A stretch of DNA of 64,000 nt from Candidatus Hadarchaeota archaeon (GTDB taxonomy: Archaea; CAYQAE01; CAYVLA01), in NCBI GenBank assembly GCA_964621445.1, contig CAZUNO010000003.1, positions 7,498-71,497 of the forward strand. The letters are read 5' to 3'. Made by a program: the position numbers and the translations under genes. The notes below the pieces were generated by a model. The model did not search any database. It saw only the letters and a program-made list of their open reading frames with translations, and was not told the DNA's origin. Positions 9,666-19,071 of the stretch are shown here, piece by piece (position 1 is the stretch's first letter; each line of letters starts with the position of its first letter).

Positions 9666-10136
9666 ATGATAAGGGAGGCCTGGGAAGGAGACTTGCCGGA
9701 TCTCAAGAGAATAATCATCTCCGCATTCTCAAAAAGCACCATCCATTACCTCCTGGAGGAGAGGTACGGCAGGATTGGAGACCGATCCTGGGCAGAGTGG
9801 AAGACCCAGGAGATCGAGTCCTTCTTCAAATCCCATCCTGAACGGGTCCTGGTCACTGAGCAGGAAGGGAGGATAGTCGGCTTCGCGGCCTACGACCTGA
9901 AACCGGAGCGAGAAATGGGAATAATTCTAAACAACGCTGTGGAACCCGACAGCCAGAACCAGGGACTGGGCACGGCCCAGATAAGACACCTTCTCAACAT
10001 ATTTCGGGAACGGGGAATGAGATTTGCCAAGGTGGTCACCGGTGGCGGAGAGGGATATGCGCCGGCCAGAAAGATGTATGAGAAGTGTGGATTCGAGGCC
10101 ACAATGAAAAGCGTAATCTACCATACTCGTCTCTGA
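9666..10136 (+). CDS. GNAT family N-acetyltransferase
   Basis: 156 aa with the acetyl-CoA binding motif region (QNQGLGTAQIRHLLN). The GNAT fold is typical. Confidence 0.7.
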   Translation: MIREAWEGDLPDLKRIIISAFSKSTIHYLLEERYGRIGDRSWAEWKTQEIESFFKSHPERVLVTEQEGRIVGFAAYDLKPEREMGIILNNAVEPDSQNQGLGTAQIRHLLNIFRERGMRFAKVVTGGGEGYAPARKMYEKCGFEATMKSVIYHTRL

Positions 10137-10214
10137 ACCACCCCCGCCAAGATATTTATACATCCCTTAACTCTACAGGTATGCATATCCTTTTCCCGGT
10201 GATGAGGAGAGTAA

Positions 10215-11540
10215 ATGAGGTTCGCCGTAAAGAAAATCAACCCAGGTAGGCAACGTAAGACGGTGGCCCTAATTAAGGGGAAACCTTCCAGATCACCGGC
10301 CGAATCGGCCTACAGCACCACCAAGAAGGCCATCGATATCCTCTTTGAGAGCGATCGTAGTTTCGAGAACTCCACATACGAGGTTTATAGAAAGACGGTC
10401 ATGATAAAACCAAACCTCATAATGCCCAAGGCGGGGCCGGGACCCTCAAACATGACCAACACCGACCCCCAGGCCTGCAGGGCGGTGGTCGATTGGCTGA
10501 TCCAGAAGGAGGCCAAGAAGATCCTCTTTGCCGAAAGCCAGGTATGGGATGATCTAGATCCCTGGGAGCTATGCGGATACCGGGACCTCTTCGAGGAAGA
10601 GCCCTATGAGGACATCGTAGAATTTGTGGATCTAAACCAGGCGGATGAAGACTTCATCGATATCGATTACGAGATGTCGAGGGACTTCTACACCCAGGAG
10701 GATATTGCATTCCTCAAGGGCTTCTTACAGGGTAGAGAGATCCCTCTCGAGAAGCCCAAGCAAAAACTGTTCCAGGAAGCCACATCAACCGCAGCAAGGT
10801 TCAATAAATGCTTAAAGGAAGCGAGGGTTCTGGTTAACGTTGGAAAGCTCACCACCCATGTTCAGACCGGAGTGAGCCTAGCCGTCAAAAACCTCTTCCC
10901 ATTCCTACAGACCCTAGAGCACCGCTCAACCAAGCACCTGGGAATGGATCCATTTCAAAGGGACCTCACCTACAACGAATTCCTGCTCTCCTCTCTAAAT
11001 CTCCAGCGATCAATAGCCTGCGTTGCTGCTGCTTATAGGAAGCTTAGAATCCCACAGCTCTCAATCATAGACGGGATTGTGGCCCAAGAGGAAAACGGAC
11101 CCCTGGACTCAGGGAAACCGCGGGAGGAGAACCTGATTGCCGCCTCCTGGAATTGCCCGGCCACGTTAGATACCATAATTACCCAGCGTTTCATGGGCCT
11201 TGAATCCGATGGTAAGCCGTTCCTCCCCCCTCATGTCCAATGGGCCTCGGGGCTCGGGCTGGGAACCAGGGACGAATCGGAGATATGTCTCATACTGGCC
11301 AGGGAAGACGGCATACCTGCCTCCGAAGCCAGGGAGATGAGAACGGAGCCGGACAGGGCCTGGCAACCCCCATCCTCATTTGAGAACGGGATTTCTCCAC
11401 ATGTCTACCCCAGAGACACATTGCTACCTGTGGTCACCAGGGCTCGAGACTACCTGGAAGAACAGGGAATTGACCCCAGCGACAAGGTGGAGATCGTATC
11501 CAAAAAACTGGAAGTTCCAAACGGGCTGGTTTCCTGCTAG
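10215..11540 (+). CDS. DUF362 domain protein (cytoplasmic paralog)
   Basis: N-terminus typical of DUF362 (KTVALIKG...; VMIKPNLIMP). No signal peptide. Confidence 0.5.
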   Translation: MRFAVKKINPGRQRKTVALIKGKPSRSPAESAYSTTKKAIDILFESDRSFENSTYEVYRKTVMIKPNLIMPKAGPGPSNMTNTDPQACRAVVDWLIQKEAKKILFAESQVWDDLDPWELCGYRDLFEEEPYEDIVEFVDLNQADEDFIDIDYEMSRDFYTQEDIAFLKGFLQGREIPLEKPKQKLFQEATSTAARFNKCLKEARVLVNVGKLTTHVQTGVSLAVKNLFPFLQTLEHRSTKHLGMDPFQRDLTYNEFLLSSLNLQRSIACVAAAYRKLRIPQLSIIDGIVAQEENGPLDSGKPREENLIAASWNCPATLDTIITQRFMGLESDGKPFLPPHVQWASGLGLGTRDESEICLILAREDGIPASEAREMRTEPDRAWQPPSSFENGISPHVYPRDTLLPVVTRARDYLEEQGIDPSDKVEIVSKKLEVPNGLVSC

Positions 11541-11591
11541 ATATTCATCAACATATAAAACCATGGATATCCGACCCAATCATTGGTTAAC

Positions 11592-12677
11592 ATGGATGAA
11601 CTGATGAAGGCCGCCGTCCTCAGAGGCGAGGGTCAGCTGGAACTTATGGATGTACCGGTTTTCAAACCGCGCTACGACGAATTTCTTTTAAAAATCAGGG
11701 CATGTGGCGTATGTGGTAGCGATATTCGTTACTTTAACGGGGAGAACCCCTGGTCCCTGCACACCCTGGGCTACGAGCAGGAAAACCCGCCCAACATAAT
11801 CCTGGGACACGAATTCTCGGGGGATATCATCTCCGAGGGGAAGGAGAGGAACCCGGAGAGAATTAGCCAGAGGGTGGCGGTAGAGCCCTACAGGTCGTGT
11901 GGCCAGTGCTACTACTGCAGAATCGGGAAGCACAACATCTGTGCTGACCAGGAACATCATGGGCATGACCACGGCTGGAAGGGCTACGAATACGCCCCTG
12001 GAGGTATGGCAGAGTACACGCCGGCCTGGAAATCCCACAGCTATGAGTTGCCCTCCAATATCTCCTACGACGAGGCCACTTTCATAGATGGTCTTGCCGT
12101 AGCTGTAAGAGGTTTACATCTGGGGTCCATCGAGCCAGGCAGCGAACTGCTGGTGATAGGTGGAGGCCCTATCGGCCAGCTAATATCGCAGGCGGCAAAG
12201 GGATTTGGAGCCAACCGCGTTTTCCTCTCCGATGTCTATGAAAAGCCCCTGGAGATTGCGGAAAAGGTGGGGGTCGATGATGTCATAGACGCCAGGAAGG
12301 AATCGGTAAGCGAGTACGTAAGGCAGGAAACCGGTGGCCTGGGGGTCGGAGCCGTATTCGATTCCACGGGGTCCGAGGACGCGATCATCGACGGTTTAAA
12401 GGCCCTGCAGCGCGGTGGCACGGAGGTCCTTCTGGCCGGATATCACGAACCAATAAAGCTGCCCTTCTCACTAATCTCGGGAGATAGGATGATCAGGAGC
12501 CTTGCCAACAATCCCTATCGGACATTCCAGACCGCCGTTGACCTTATGGCCTCCGGCCGGGTGGATGTTAAGCCCATGATAACCCATAGCTTTCCGCTAT
12601 CCCAGGTGAATGAGGCCTTCGACGTGGTGACCCACAAGGTGGAGAACGAGGCCGTGAAGGTAATCATTCACCCCTAA
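11592..12677 (+). CDS. Zn-dependent alcohol dehydrogenase (MDR superfamily)
   Basis: CGVCGSDIRYF and GHEFSGDI catalytic-zinc motifs, and a GGGPIGQL Rossmann motif. Confidence 0.8.
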   Translation: MDELMKAAVLRGEGQLELMDVPVFKPRYDEFLLKIRACGVCGSDIRYFNGENPWSLHTLGYEQENPPNIILGHEFSGDIISEGKERNPERISQRVAVEPYRSCGQCYYCRIGKHNICADQEHHGHDHGWKGYEYAPGGMAEYTPAWKSHSYELPSNISYDEATFIDGLAVAVRGLHLGSIEPGSELLVIGGGPIGQLISQAAKGFGANRVFLSDVYEKPLEIAEKVGVDDVIDARKESVSEYVRQETGGLGVGAVFDSTGSEDAIIDGLKALQRGGTEVLLAGYHEPIKLPFSLISGDRMIRSLANNPYRTFQTAVDLMASGRVDVKPMITHSFPLSQVNEAFDVVTHKVENEAVKVIIHP

Positions 12678-12763
12678 TCGGCCATATCCGACGTATAGAA
12701 CCTAAATCGGTAGTAGATAGAGTTATAACGAGGCAGCATGCCCATCTTAATGAGGTTGATCGG

Positions 12764-13534
12764 TTGAAACTCTGCTGCACAAGTTACTCGCTGAGGGACT
12801 ATATAAAGAACGAGAAGATGGATTTCTTTGGCTATATCGATTTTGCAAAGGAGCTGGGCTGGGATGCCGTTGAGCTGCACTATAGACATTTTCCCAGCAT
12901 GGAGAAGGACTACCTTCGAAAACTGAAATACCACGCGGTGAAGGCTGGAGTCGAATTGGGCATAGTTTCAGGGGCCAATAACTTCACCCTGGCAGATGCT
13001 GATGAACGTCAGGATAGCGTTGACGGTTTCATCAGGGCCCTGGAGATGGCTGAATACCTGGGATGCCCGCAGGTAAGGGCCTTCGGGGGTAGCATTCCCG
13101 ACGACATAGCAAAGGAGAAGGCCTTCAAGTGGGCCATAGACTGCTTCGAGCAGGTTGTTCCCCTGGCCGAGGAGAAAGGAATAGTGATCGGTCTTGAGAA
13201 TCACGGGGGAATCACCCTAACATCCGACGATGTACTGGCCATACTGGACACCATAGATTCCGACTGGCTTGGAGCCAACATGGATACCAACAACTTCCCC
13301 AAGGAGAACCGCTATGAACATATGGAGAAGGTAGTGGACAGGGCAGTTCAAATCCACGCCAAAATAATCGAGCCTGACGAGGAGAAAGGAGACCTGGTTA
13401 TCGATTACGACCGGGTTCTCTCCATGGCCAAGGAAGCCGGGTTCAATGGCTTCGTATCAATGGAATACGAGGGAAAGATCGACGCGAAGGAAGCGATGGC
13501 TGCATCCTCCAAATATTTCCAGAGGGTCCTCTAG
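12764..13534 (+). CDS. Sugar phosphate isomerase/epimerase (xylose isomerase-like TIM barrel)
   Basis: 256 aa, AP endonuclease 2 / xylose-isomerase-like TIM-barrel family (GWDAVELH; LENHGGI). Confidence 0.65.
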   Translation: MKLCCTSYSLRDYIKNEKMDFFGYIDFAKELGWDAVELHYRHFPSMEKDYLRKLKYHAVKAGVELGIVSGANNFTLADADERQDSVDGFIRALEMAEYLGCPQVRAFGGSIPDDIAKEKAFKWAIDCFEQVVPLAEEKGIVIGLENHGGITLTSDDVLAILDTIDSDWLGANMDTNNFPKENRYEHMEKVVDRAVQIHAKIIEPDEEKGDLVIDYDRVLSMAKEAGFNGFVSMEYEGKIDAKEAMAASSKYFQRVL

Positions 13535-14502
13535 GGTTCCAGGACCACTTTCACCGGCTTGATTGAACCTTCATCTATCTTCCGGAATACCGAGGGTGCA
13601 CTTTCCAGAGGGAACCGGTGGCTGACCAGAGCCCCCAGATCCACCTTACCCTCCGACGCGAGACGGATGGCCACGGGAAACATTCCATTGGAGTTTCGCG
13701 AGCCCATGACATCCAGTTCCTTTCTTATTAGGGTTATGGGCTCCATCTCCATTTTCTCCCCATAAAGACCCACGATGACAACCCTCCCGGCGGCAGATAC
13801 CAGGTCCAGCGATTGCCTGATTGTAACCGGGCTGCCCACTGCCTCCAGTACAACGGTGGGTGGTCGTCCCGAGTAATCAAATATCTCCTCCTCCAGATCC
13901 GATTCTGTGGGGTTAACCGCTAGATCGGCCCCCACCTGCCTGGCCATTTTCAAGCGATCCCCATCTACCTCGGACACCAGGACCCTGGCCCCCCTTGCCT
14001 TGCAGACCTGGGCTATGAGAAGGCCTATTGGACCAGCCCCAATCACCAGCACATCGTCCTCCTCGGTGACCTGCCCCCTTTTTACCACCTGGCAGCCGAT
14101 GGCCAGTGGTTCGCACAGCGCTACCTCATGCATGGGGAGCGAGTCGGGAACCGGGAACACCAGATTCCGCGGAGCCCACATGAACTCGCACATACCACCA
14201 TCTGCATGAACCCCGATGACCTTCAGGGCGGTACAACAGTTGTATCTTCCGCGTTGACAGGGATAGCAATCTCCACATCTGATCAACGGCTCCAGGGTAA
14301 CCCTTTGACCTTTTTCCAGATCCCCACCGGACTCGGCCACCTCGGCTCCCAATTCGTGGCCCAGAACCCGAGGGTAGGTCTGGAAGGGCTGTGTGCCCTT
14401 ATAGGCATGTACATCGGAACCACAAATTCCAATTGCCTTTATACGAAGAAGGATTGAGTCATCCGCCGGCTTGCCCCCCAATTCCTTCCTTTCGACCCTC
14501 AT
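13531..14502 (-). CDS. Zn-dependent alcohol/polyol dehydrogenase (MDR)
   Basis: GICGSDVHAY and GHELGAEV motifs, and a GAGPIGLL Rossmann motif. Start chosen at MRVERKEL (M18 of the ORF). Confidence 0.8.
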   Translation of the reverse strand: MRVERKELGGKPADDSILLRIKAIGICGSDVHAYKGTQPFQTYPRVLGHELGAEVAESGGDLEKGQRVTLEPLIRCGDCYPCQRGRYNCCTALKVIGVHADGGMCEFMWAPRNLVFPVPDSLPMHEVALCEPLAIGCQVVKRGQVTEEDDVLVIGAGPIGLLIAQVCKARGARVLVSEVDGDRLKMARQVGADLAVNPTESDLEEEIFDYSGRPPTVVLEAVGSPVTIRQSLDLVSAAGRVVIVGLYGEKMEMEPITLIRKELDVMGSRNSNGMFPVAIRLASEGKVDLGALVSHRFPLESAPSVFRKIDEGSIKPVKVVLEP

Positions 14503-14653
14503 CTTTCGGGGACTATGTAGCGTAACACATCTCATGAAATACACCAAGACCATTCAAATTAGGATTGCCTCAACCCTTCAACCCGTGCGAGGTCCTGAAA
14601 AATCTCTCCGGGCATATCTTCGGGGAAAGGCATATGAGTCCGAAATTCCCTAA

Positions 14654-15424
14654 ATGCTGCGGGTTCTTAGCATGTCTTCCGAGGATATTAGGACTGAGCC
14701 CTTCGACACGGTGGTGGTCATGGGCGAAAGCACGGTTGAAGGGGGGCCATGGTTAATAAAAAAGGAGGACAGGTGGCCTGATGTCCTGGTCCGCCTCATA
14801 AACAGATGTCAGGCTCGACCAGTAAAGTACCACAATAGGGGAATCGGTGCAAACGTCATATCGCCACGTAGCCCTGGATATGAGGGCTCGGCCAAGCCCA
14901 GCGCCATTGAGAGGTACAGAGAGGATGTAATAGCCTTGGAACCCGACCTTTTCATATTGTCCTATGGATTGAACGACATGAGGGCAGGAATGGAGGTAGG
15001 AAAATTCCTCCGGGATATGAAAACGATCATCAGAAATGTACAGAGCGAATGCTCTCCGGTTACGGTTCTCACCACGGTCTATAACATGACGGGTTGGGGA
15101 AGCTATCCCCCATTCGATAAGGGAAGCCGGGAGCTCACAGAACGGTACAACCAGGGAATCCGGACCCTTGCCGAGCAGAATGGCTGTATACTGTCCGATG
15201 TATGGGAGGCCGAGGGATGTGCTGACTGGTTGATCAACCCTGACGGGGTTCATGCCAATTTCGTGGGCAACCTTATCATAGGGCACCGGGTTTTCAGGGA
15301 CATCGCGATAAACTGCAGTTGCCTGACCTCCGATACATTCGAGAAAACACGATCAACTAGGTGGGTTAAAAATACCACCTCCGATCGGCGGGAGGCTGGA
15401 GATCCATTCACCAAGACCTGGTAG
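14654..15424 (+). CDS. SGNH/GDSL-family hydrolase
   Basis: GESTVEG (Ser block), GLNDM (block III) and DGVHAN (Asp-His block). Confidence 0.6.
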   Translation: MLRVLSMSSEDIRTEPFDTVVVMGESTVEGGPWLIKKEDRWPDVLVRLINRCQARPVKYHNRGIGANVISPRSPGYEGSAKPSAIERYREDVIALEPDLFILSYGLNDMRAGMEVGKFLRDMKTIIRNVQSECSPVTVLTTVYNMTGWGSYPPFDKGSRELTERYNQGIRTLAEQNGCILSDVWEAEGCADWLINPDGVHANFVGNLIIGHRVFRDIAINCSCLTSDTFEKTRSTRWVKNTTSDRREAGDPFTKTW

Positions 15425-15440
15425 TTACCATTATGGGAAT

Positions 15441-17843
15441 TTACCAGGTATAATCCTCGCGGGGCGCTTTCTCCTTCCCGGTTACCTTCTCCAGCATTAT
15501 CCTCTGTTCTACGGCAGCAACCTTCTTCTTTACACTCTTCACCGCATCCGGGTTCACGGACATCGAATCTATCCCGGCTCGGACAAGGAACTCAACAAAT
15601 TCCTCGTACACCGAGGGAGCCTGTCCGCAAATGGAAACCGTCTTGCCATCCTTGTGGGCTACCTCTATCAGGTGGGCTACTGCCCGCTTGATGGTCAGGT
15701 TCCTCTCATCGAACACCTTTGCCACGGTCTCATTATCCCTGTCGGCCCCCAGAAGGGTCATGGTCAGATCATTGCTGCCTATGGAATAGCCGTCCACGTA
15801 CTTGTTGAACTTGTCGGCGAGAATGATGTTCGAGGGTATCTCGGCCATGAGCCAAACCTGGAAGTCGGGGCCTCTTTCCAGTCCCTCTTCCTTCATGATG
15901 GCAATGACCTTCTCGCATTCCTCGACGGTACGACAGAAAGGTATCATCACCCACAGGTTCTTGAGCCCGAATTCCTCTCGTACCTTCCTCACGGCCTTAA
16001 CCTCAAGCCGGAAGGCGTCGATATAATCGGGGTCATAGTACCTGGAGGCGCCTCTCCAGCCGAGCAGTGCGCTCGGTTCTTGGGGCTCGAACTTCTCTCC
16101 TCCTCGCAGGTTCCTGTACTCCGAGGTCTTGAAATCGCTGAACCTAAGGACCACCGGTCTTGGAGCCATCCCGGAACAGGTCTGTCTGATGAACTCGGCC
16201 AGTTGATCAACTACCTTCTCGGGCTTCCCCTCCTCAATCAGCTGAAGCGGGTGGTCCTCGATGTAATCGGTCCAGATGAATTCCTCCCTCATCAGTCCGA
16301 TACCATCACAAGGCAGGGCACCGTGTTCATCCTGGTACTCGATGCCTAGATTCATGTAAACCTTGGTACCTGTTACTGGTACCGTCTCCGCGGCCACGGC
16401 AGCAGCAGGAGCTTCCTCCTTCTTCTTTACTGCCTCCTCGAGTATTCCCTCGTAGACTATGCCGTTCTTGGCATCGACGGTAACTGAAGCACCGTTCTCA
16501 ATGACCTCGGTAGCTTTTTCGCCCCGTGAGCTGGTTCCAACTATGCACGGTATTCCTAGTTCACGGCTCACAATTGCCGCGTGGCAGGTCATGCCACCGG
16601 AGTTGGTAACTATGGCCTTTGCCTTCTTCATTGCTGGTACCCAGTCGGGAGCCGTCATTTCGGTGACCAGGATCTCCCCTTTCTCGAAATCATGGATACC
16701 ATCAACTGACATTATCACGTGTGCCTCGCCAGCAGACAGTCCGGGACTGGCAGGAAGGCCCTTGCAGACCACGTTCCTCTCGGTGGTGGTTTCCATTCCT
16801 TCCTCCTCCTTCTCGGGGATCTCTTTCTGGGACCAAACGGTCTCCGGGCGCGCCTGGAGGATCCACAGCTTGTCCGTTCGCTCATCAAGCGCCCACTCTA
16901 TGTCCATGGGCATCTCATAGTGCTTCTCAATATCTACGGCATACTCCGCCAGCTTGACTATCTGTTCATCGGTGATAATTTGGGCTTCCTTCTTATCGTC
17001 CGGGACCTCCTTCTCCTCGACTCCTCCCCCGGGGTTGCGAATCATCATCTGTTCCTTGTTGCTAACCGATTTGGAAATTATCTCGAGGTCGGACTTCCTT
17101 ACTATGTATTCGTCGGGATTGATCGTTCCCTGGACAACGAACTCACCTAGCCCCCAGCCGGCCTCTATAAACACCACATCACGGTCGCCGGTGCTCACAT
17201 TAAGTGTGAACATCACGCCCGCTGACTCCGAGAAGATCATTAGCTGAACCACAGCGCTCAGAGCCACGTCCATGTGGTCGAAACCCTTCTGGACCCGGTA
17301 ATAGATCGCCCTGTTGGTGAACAGCGATGAATAGCATTCCTTGACCCTCTCCACGACCTCGTCTGCTCCCTGGACGTTGAGGTAGGTCTCCTGCTGACCG
17401 GCGAAGCTGGCATCGGGAAGATCCTCAGCCGTGGCGCTGGATCTGATGGCCACGAAGGGCAGCTCGTCAAGACCGCTCTCCTCCTGGTATCGCTCGGTCA
17501 ATTCCTCGTATGCTTCCCGGATCTCCTTATCCAACTCCTGGGGCATGTCTGCAGCCATGATCGCTTCCCTAATATCAGCCCCTATCCTGTGCAGAGTTCT
17601 GGTGTCCTCCGGGTCCTCAAGCTCATCCAGGAGGGAACGTATCTCATCTTCTATTCCCGCCTCCTCCATGAAAACCCGATAGGCACTTGCCGTGGTGGCA
17701 AAGCCAAACGGAACCGGAACTTTAGTCTTAGAGGTCATCTCCCCCAGGGATGCGGATTTTCCGCCCACCAAAGGGACCTCCTCCTTACCTAATTCATCAA
17801 ACCAGAGTACATTTTTTTCTTCCTTCGGAACACTCTTAGCCAT
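15441..17843 (-). CDS. ppsA: Phosphoenolpyruvate synthase
   Basis: About 800 aa with a pyruvate-phosphate-dikinase-like N-terminal domain, the phosphohistidine domain (GGMTCHAAIVSRELGIPCIVG) and a PEP-utilising C-terminal TIM barrel. Confidence 0.9.
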   Translation of the reverse strand: MAKSVPKEEKNVLWFDELGKEEVPLVGGKSASLGEMTSKTKVPVPFGFATTASAYRVFMEEAGIEDEIRSLLDELEDPEDTRTLHRIGADIREAIMAADMPQELDKEIREAYEELTERYQEESGLDELPFVAIRSSATAEDLPDASFAGQQETYLNVQGADEVVERVKECYSSLFTNRAIYYRVQKGFDHMDVALSAVVQLMIFSESAGVMFTLNVSTGDRDVVFIEAGWGLGEFVVQGTINPDEYIVRKSDLEIISKSVSNKEQMMIRNPGGGVEEKEVPDDKKEAQIITDEQIVKLAEYAVDIEKHYEMPMDIEWALDERTDKLWILQARPETVWSQKEIPEKEEEGMETTTERNVVCKGLPASPGLSAGEAHVIMSVDGIHDFEKGEILVTEMTAPDWVPAMKKAKAIVTNSGGMTCHAAIVSRELGIPCIVGTSSRGEKATEVIENGASVTVDAKNGIVYEGILEEAVKKKEEAPAAAVAAETVPVTGTKVYMNLGIEYQDEHGALPCDGIGLMREEFIWTDYIEDHPLQLIEEGKPEKVVDQLAEFIRQTCSGMAPRPVVLRFSDFKTSEYRNLRGGEKFEPQEPSALLGWRGASRYYDPDYIDAFRLEVKAVRKVREEFGLKNLWVMIPFCRTVEECEKVIAIMKEEGLERGPDFQVWLMAEIPSNIILADKFNKYVDGYSIGSNDLTMTLLGADRDNETVAKVFDERNLTIKRAVAHLIEVAHKDGKTVSICGQAPSVYEEFVEFLVRAGIDSMSVNPDAVKSVKKKVAAVEQRIMLEKVTGKEKAPREDYTW

Positions 17844-18069
17844 ATTCTCACCATAAGGGAGGTTAATCAAGACGCGGCAAATACAAATAAGTAACTCTAG
17901 CCACGGCTTCTTGGGCGCCGATCCCCCAGAACTCTATTAAATGTTTTTTGGACCTTTCAATTCTCGCTGTTATCCGCTCATCTCCCCGATCATAAACCCG
18001 TTATGATTGACTACTGGGCATCTGGCGAAGGAACAGTTAAGATATCTCCCAACGGAGGTTAGCGGGAAA

Positions 18070-19053
18070 ATGTCTCAGCGAACCGGGGCGCGATCCGAGA
18101 AAATCTCAAATCTGCCCTTGCTGATCCTGATAGTAGCTCTGGGCGGACTGTTATTCCTCCTTCTGGTTCAGAACTCCAGGCTCAAGGCCCGATACGAAAG
18201 CAACTCGGAGATCCTGGAAAATCTATCAACACAGCTCCAGGTAGCCCTTGACCATAACTCCGAACTCAGGCAGGAGAAGGAGAGGCTCGAGGACACCCTG
18301 GAGGAGTACCAGAAAAGGGTCAGGGATTACCAGGACCAGCTCTACGAACTTCGCCAAGGGGCTAACATAAGCGTTAACGGGACCCCCTTGGATCAGAGGA
18401 TCTCCCCATCCGTAATAGCTCCAGCGCTTAAGGCGGAAACCTACACCGATATCTTTGGAAGACAACGCGTCGAACGATACGTGGGTATACCGACCAACCT
18501 TTCCCTGGAGGTGGTACCTGGCATGGGCCGGGTGCTCATGAATACCGAACCACCTATGGGAGAGGTATTTCAGGATACGGCGGTTAACGCCAAGGAAACG
18601 GCAGAGAGGATAAGCGGCCTGGATATCGTTGGCCACGATCTCATATTCTCAATCCAGGCTCCCCAGGAGGTTCCCTCTGTCGACGGGCCGAGCTCGGGAG
18701 CTGCCATGACACTTCTCATTCTATGCGTGCTCGAGGGAAGGAGCCTAAAGGATGGGGTATCCCTAACCGGAACCATATCACCTGAAGGTAGCATCGGGGC
18801 CATCGGGCACCCGGTGGAAAAGGCAGAGGCGGCCGATGAAGCAGGTGCAACGAAATTCTACCTGCCGAAGGGCAATCGATATACCACGGTTAAATACAAC
18901 GAGGAGATACCCTGGGGTCCCGTGGTTATCACTAGGCCGCGGTACGAGAGAATGGAGACCAAGGACCTAATACAGAACCGGACAGAGCTCACCGTGACCC
19001 TGGTGGATGACATCCAGGAACTACTATCGGACGCAACATATAAGCAAAGCTAG
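18070..19053 (+). CDS. Membrane-anchored Lon-like (S16) protease domain protein without an AAA+ module
   Basis: N-terminal TM helix and coiled coil, then a Lon proteolytic domain with catalytic Ser (VDGPSSGAAM) and Lys (VEKAEAA). No Walker motifs. Confidence 0.6.
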   Translation: MSQRTGARSEKISNLPLLILIVALGGLLFLLLVQNSRLKARYESNSEILENLSTQLQVALDHNSELRQEKERLEDTLEEYQKRVRDYQDQLYELRQGANISVNGTPLDQRISPSVIAPALKAETYTDIFGRQRVERYVGIPTNLSLEVVPGMGRVLMNTEPPMGEVFQDTAVNAKETAERISGLDIVGHDLIFSIQAPQEVPSVDGPSSGAAMTLLILCVLEGRSLKDGVSLTGTISPEGSIGAIGHPVEKAEAADEAGATKFYLPKGNRYTTVKYNEEIPWGPVVITRPRYERMETKDLIQNRTELTVTLVDDIQELLSDATYKQS

Positions 19054-19071
19054 ATCAGAGGTATCCCCGTA

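Noticed and set aside
15654-17682. Multiple 70-230 aa plus-strand ORFs within ppsA
   Set aside because: Antisense to a highly conserved PEP synthase reading frame. An artefact of GC-rich codon usage.
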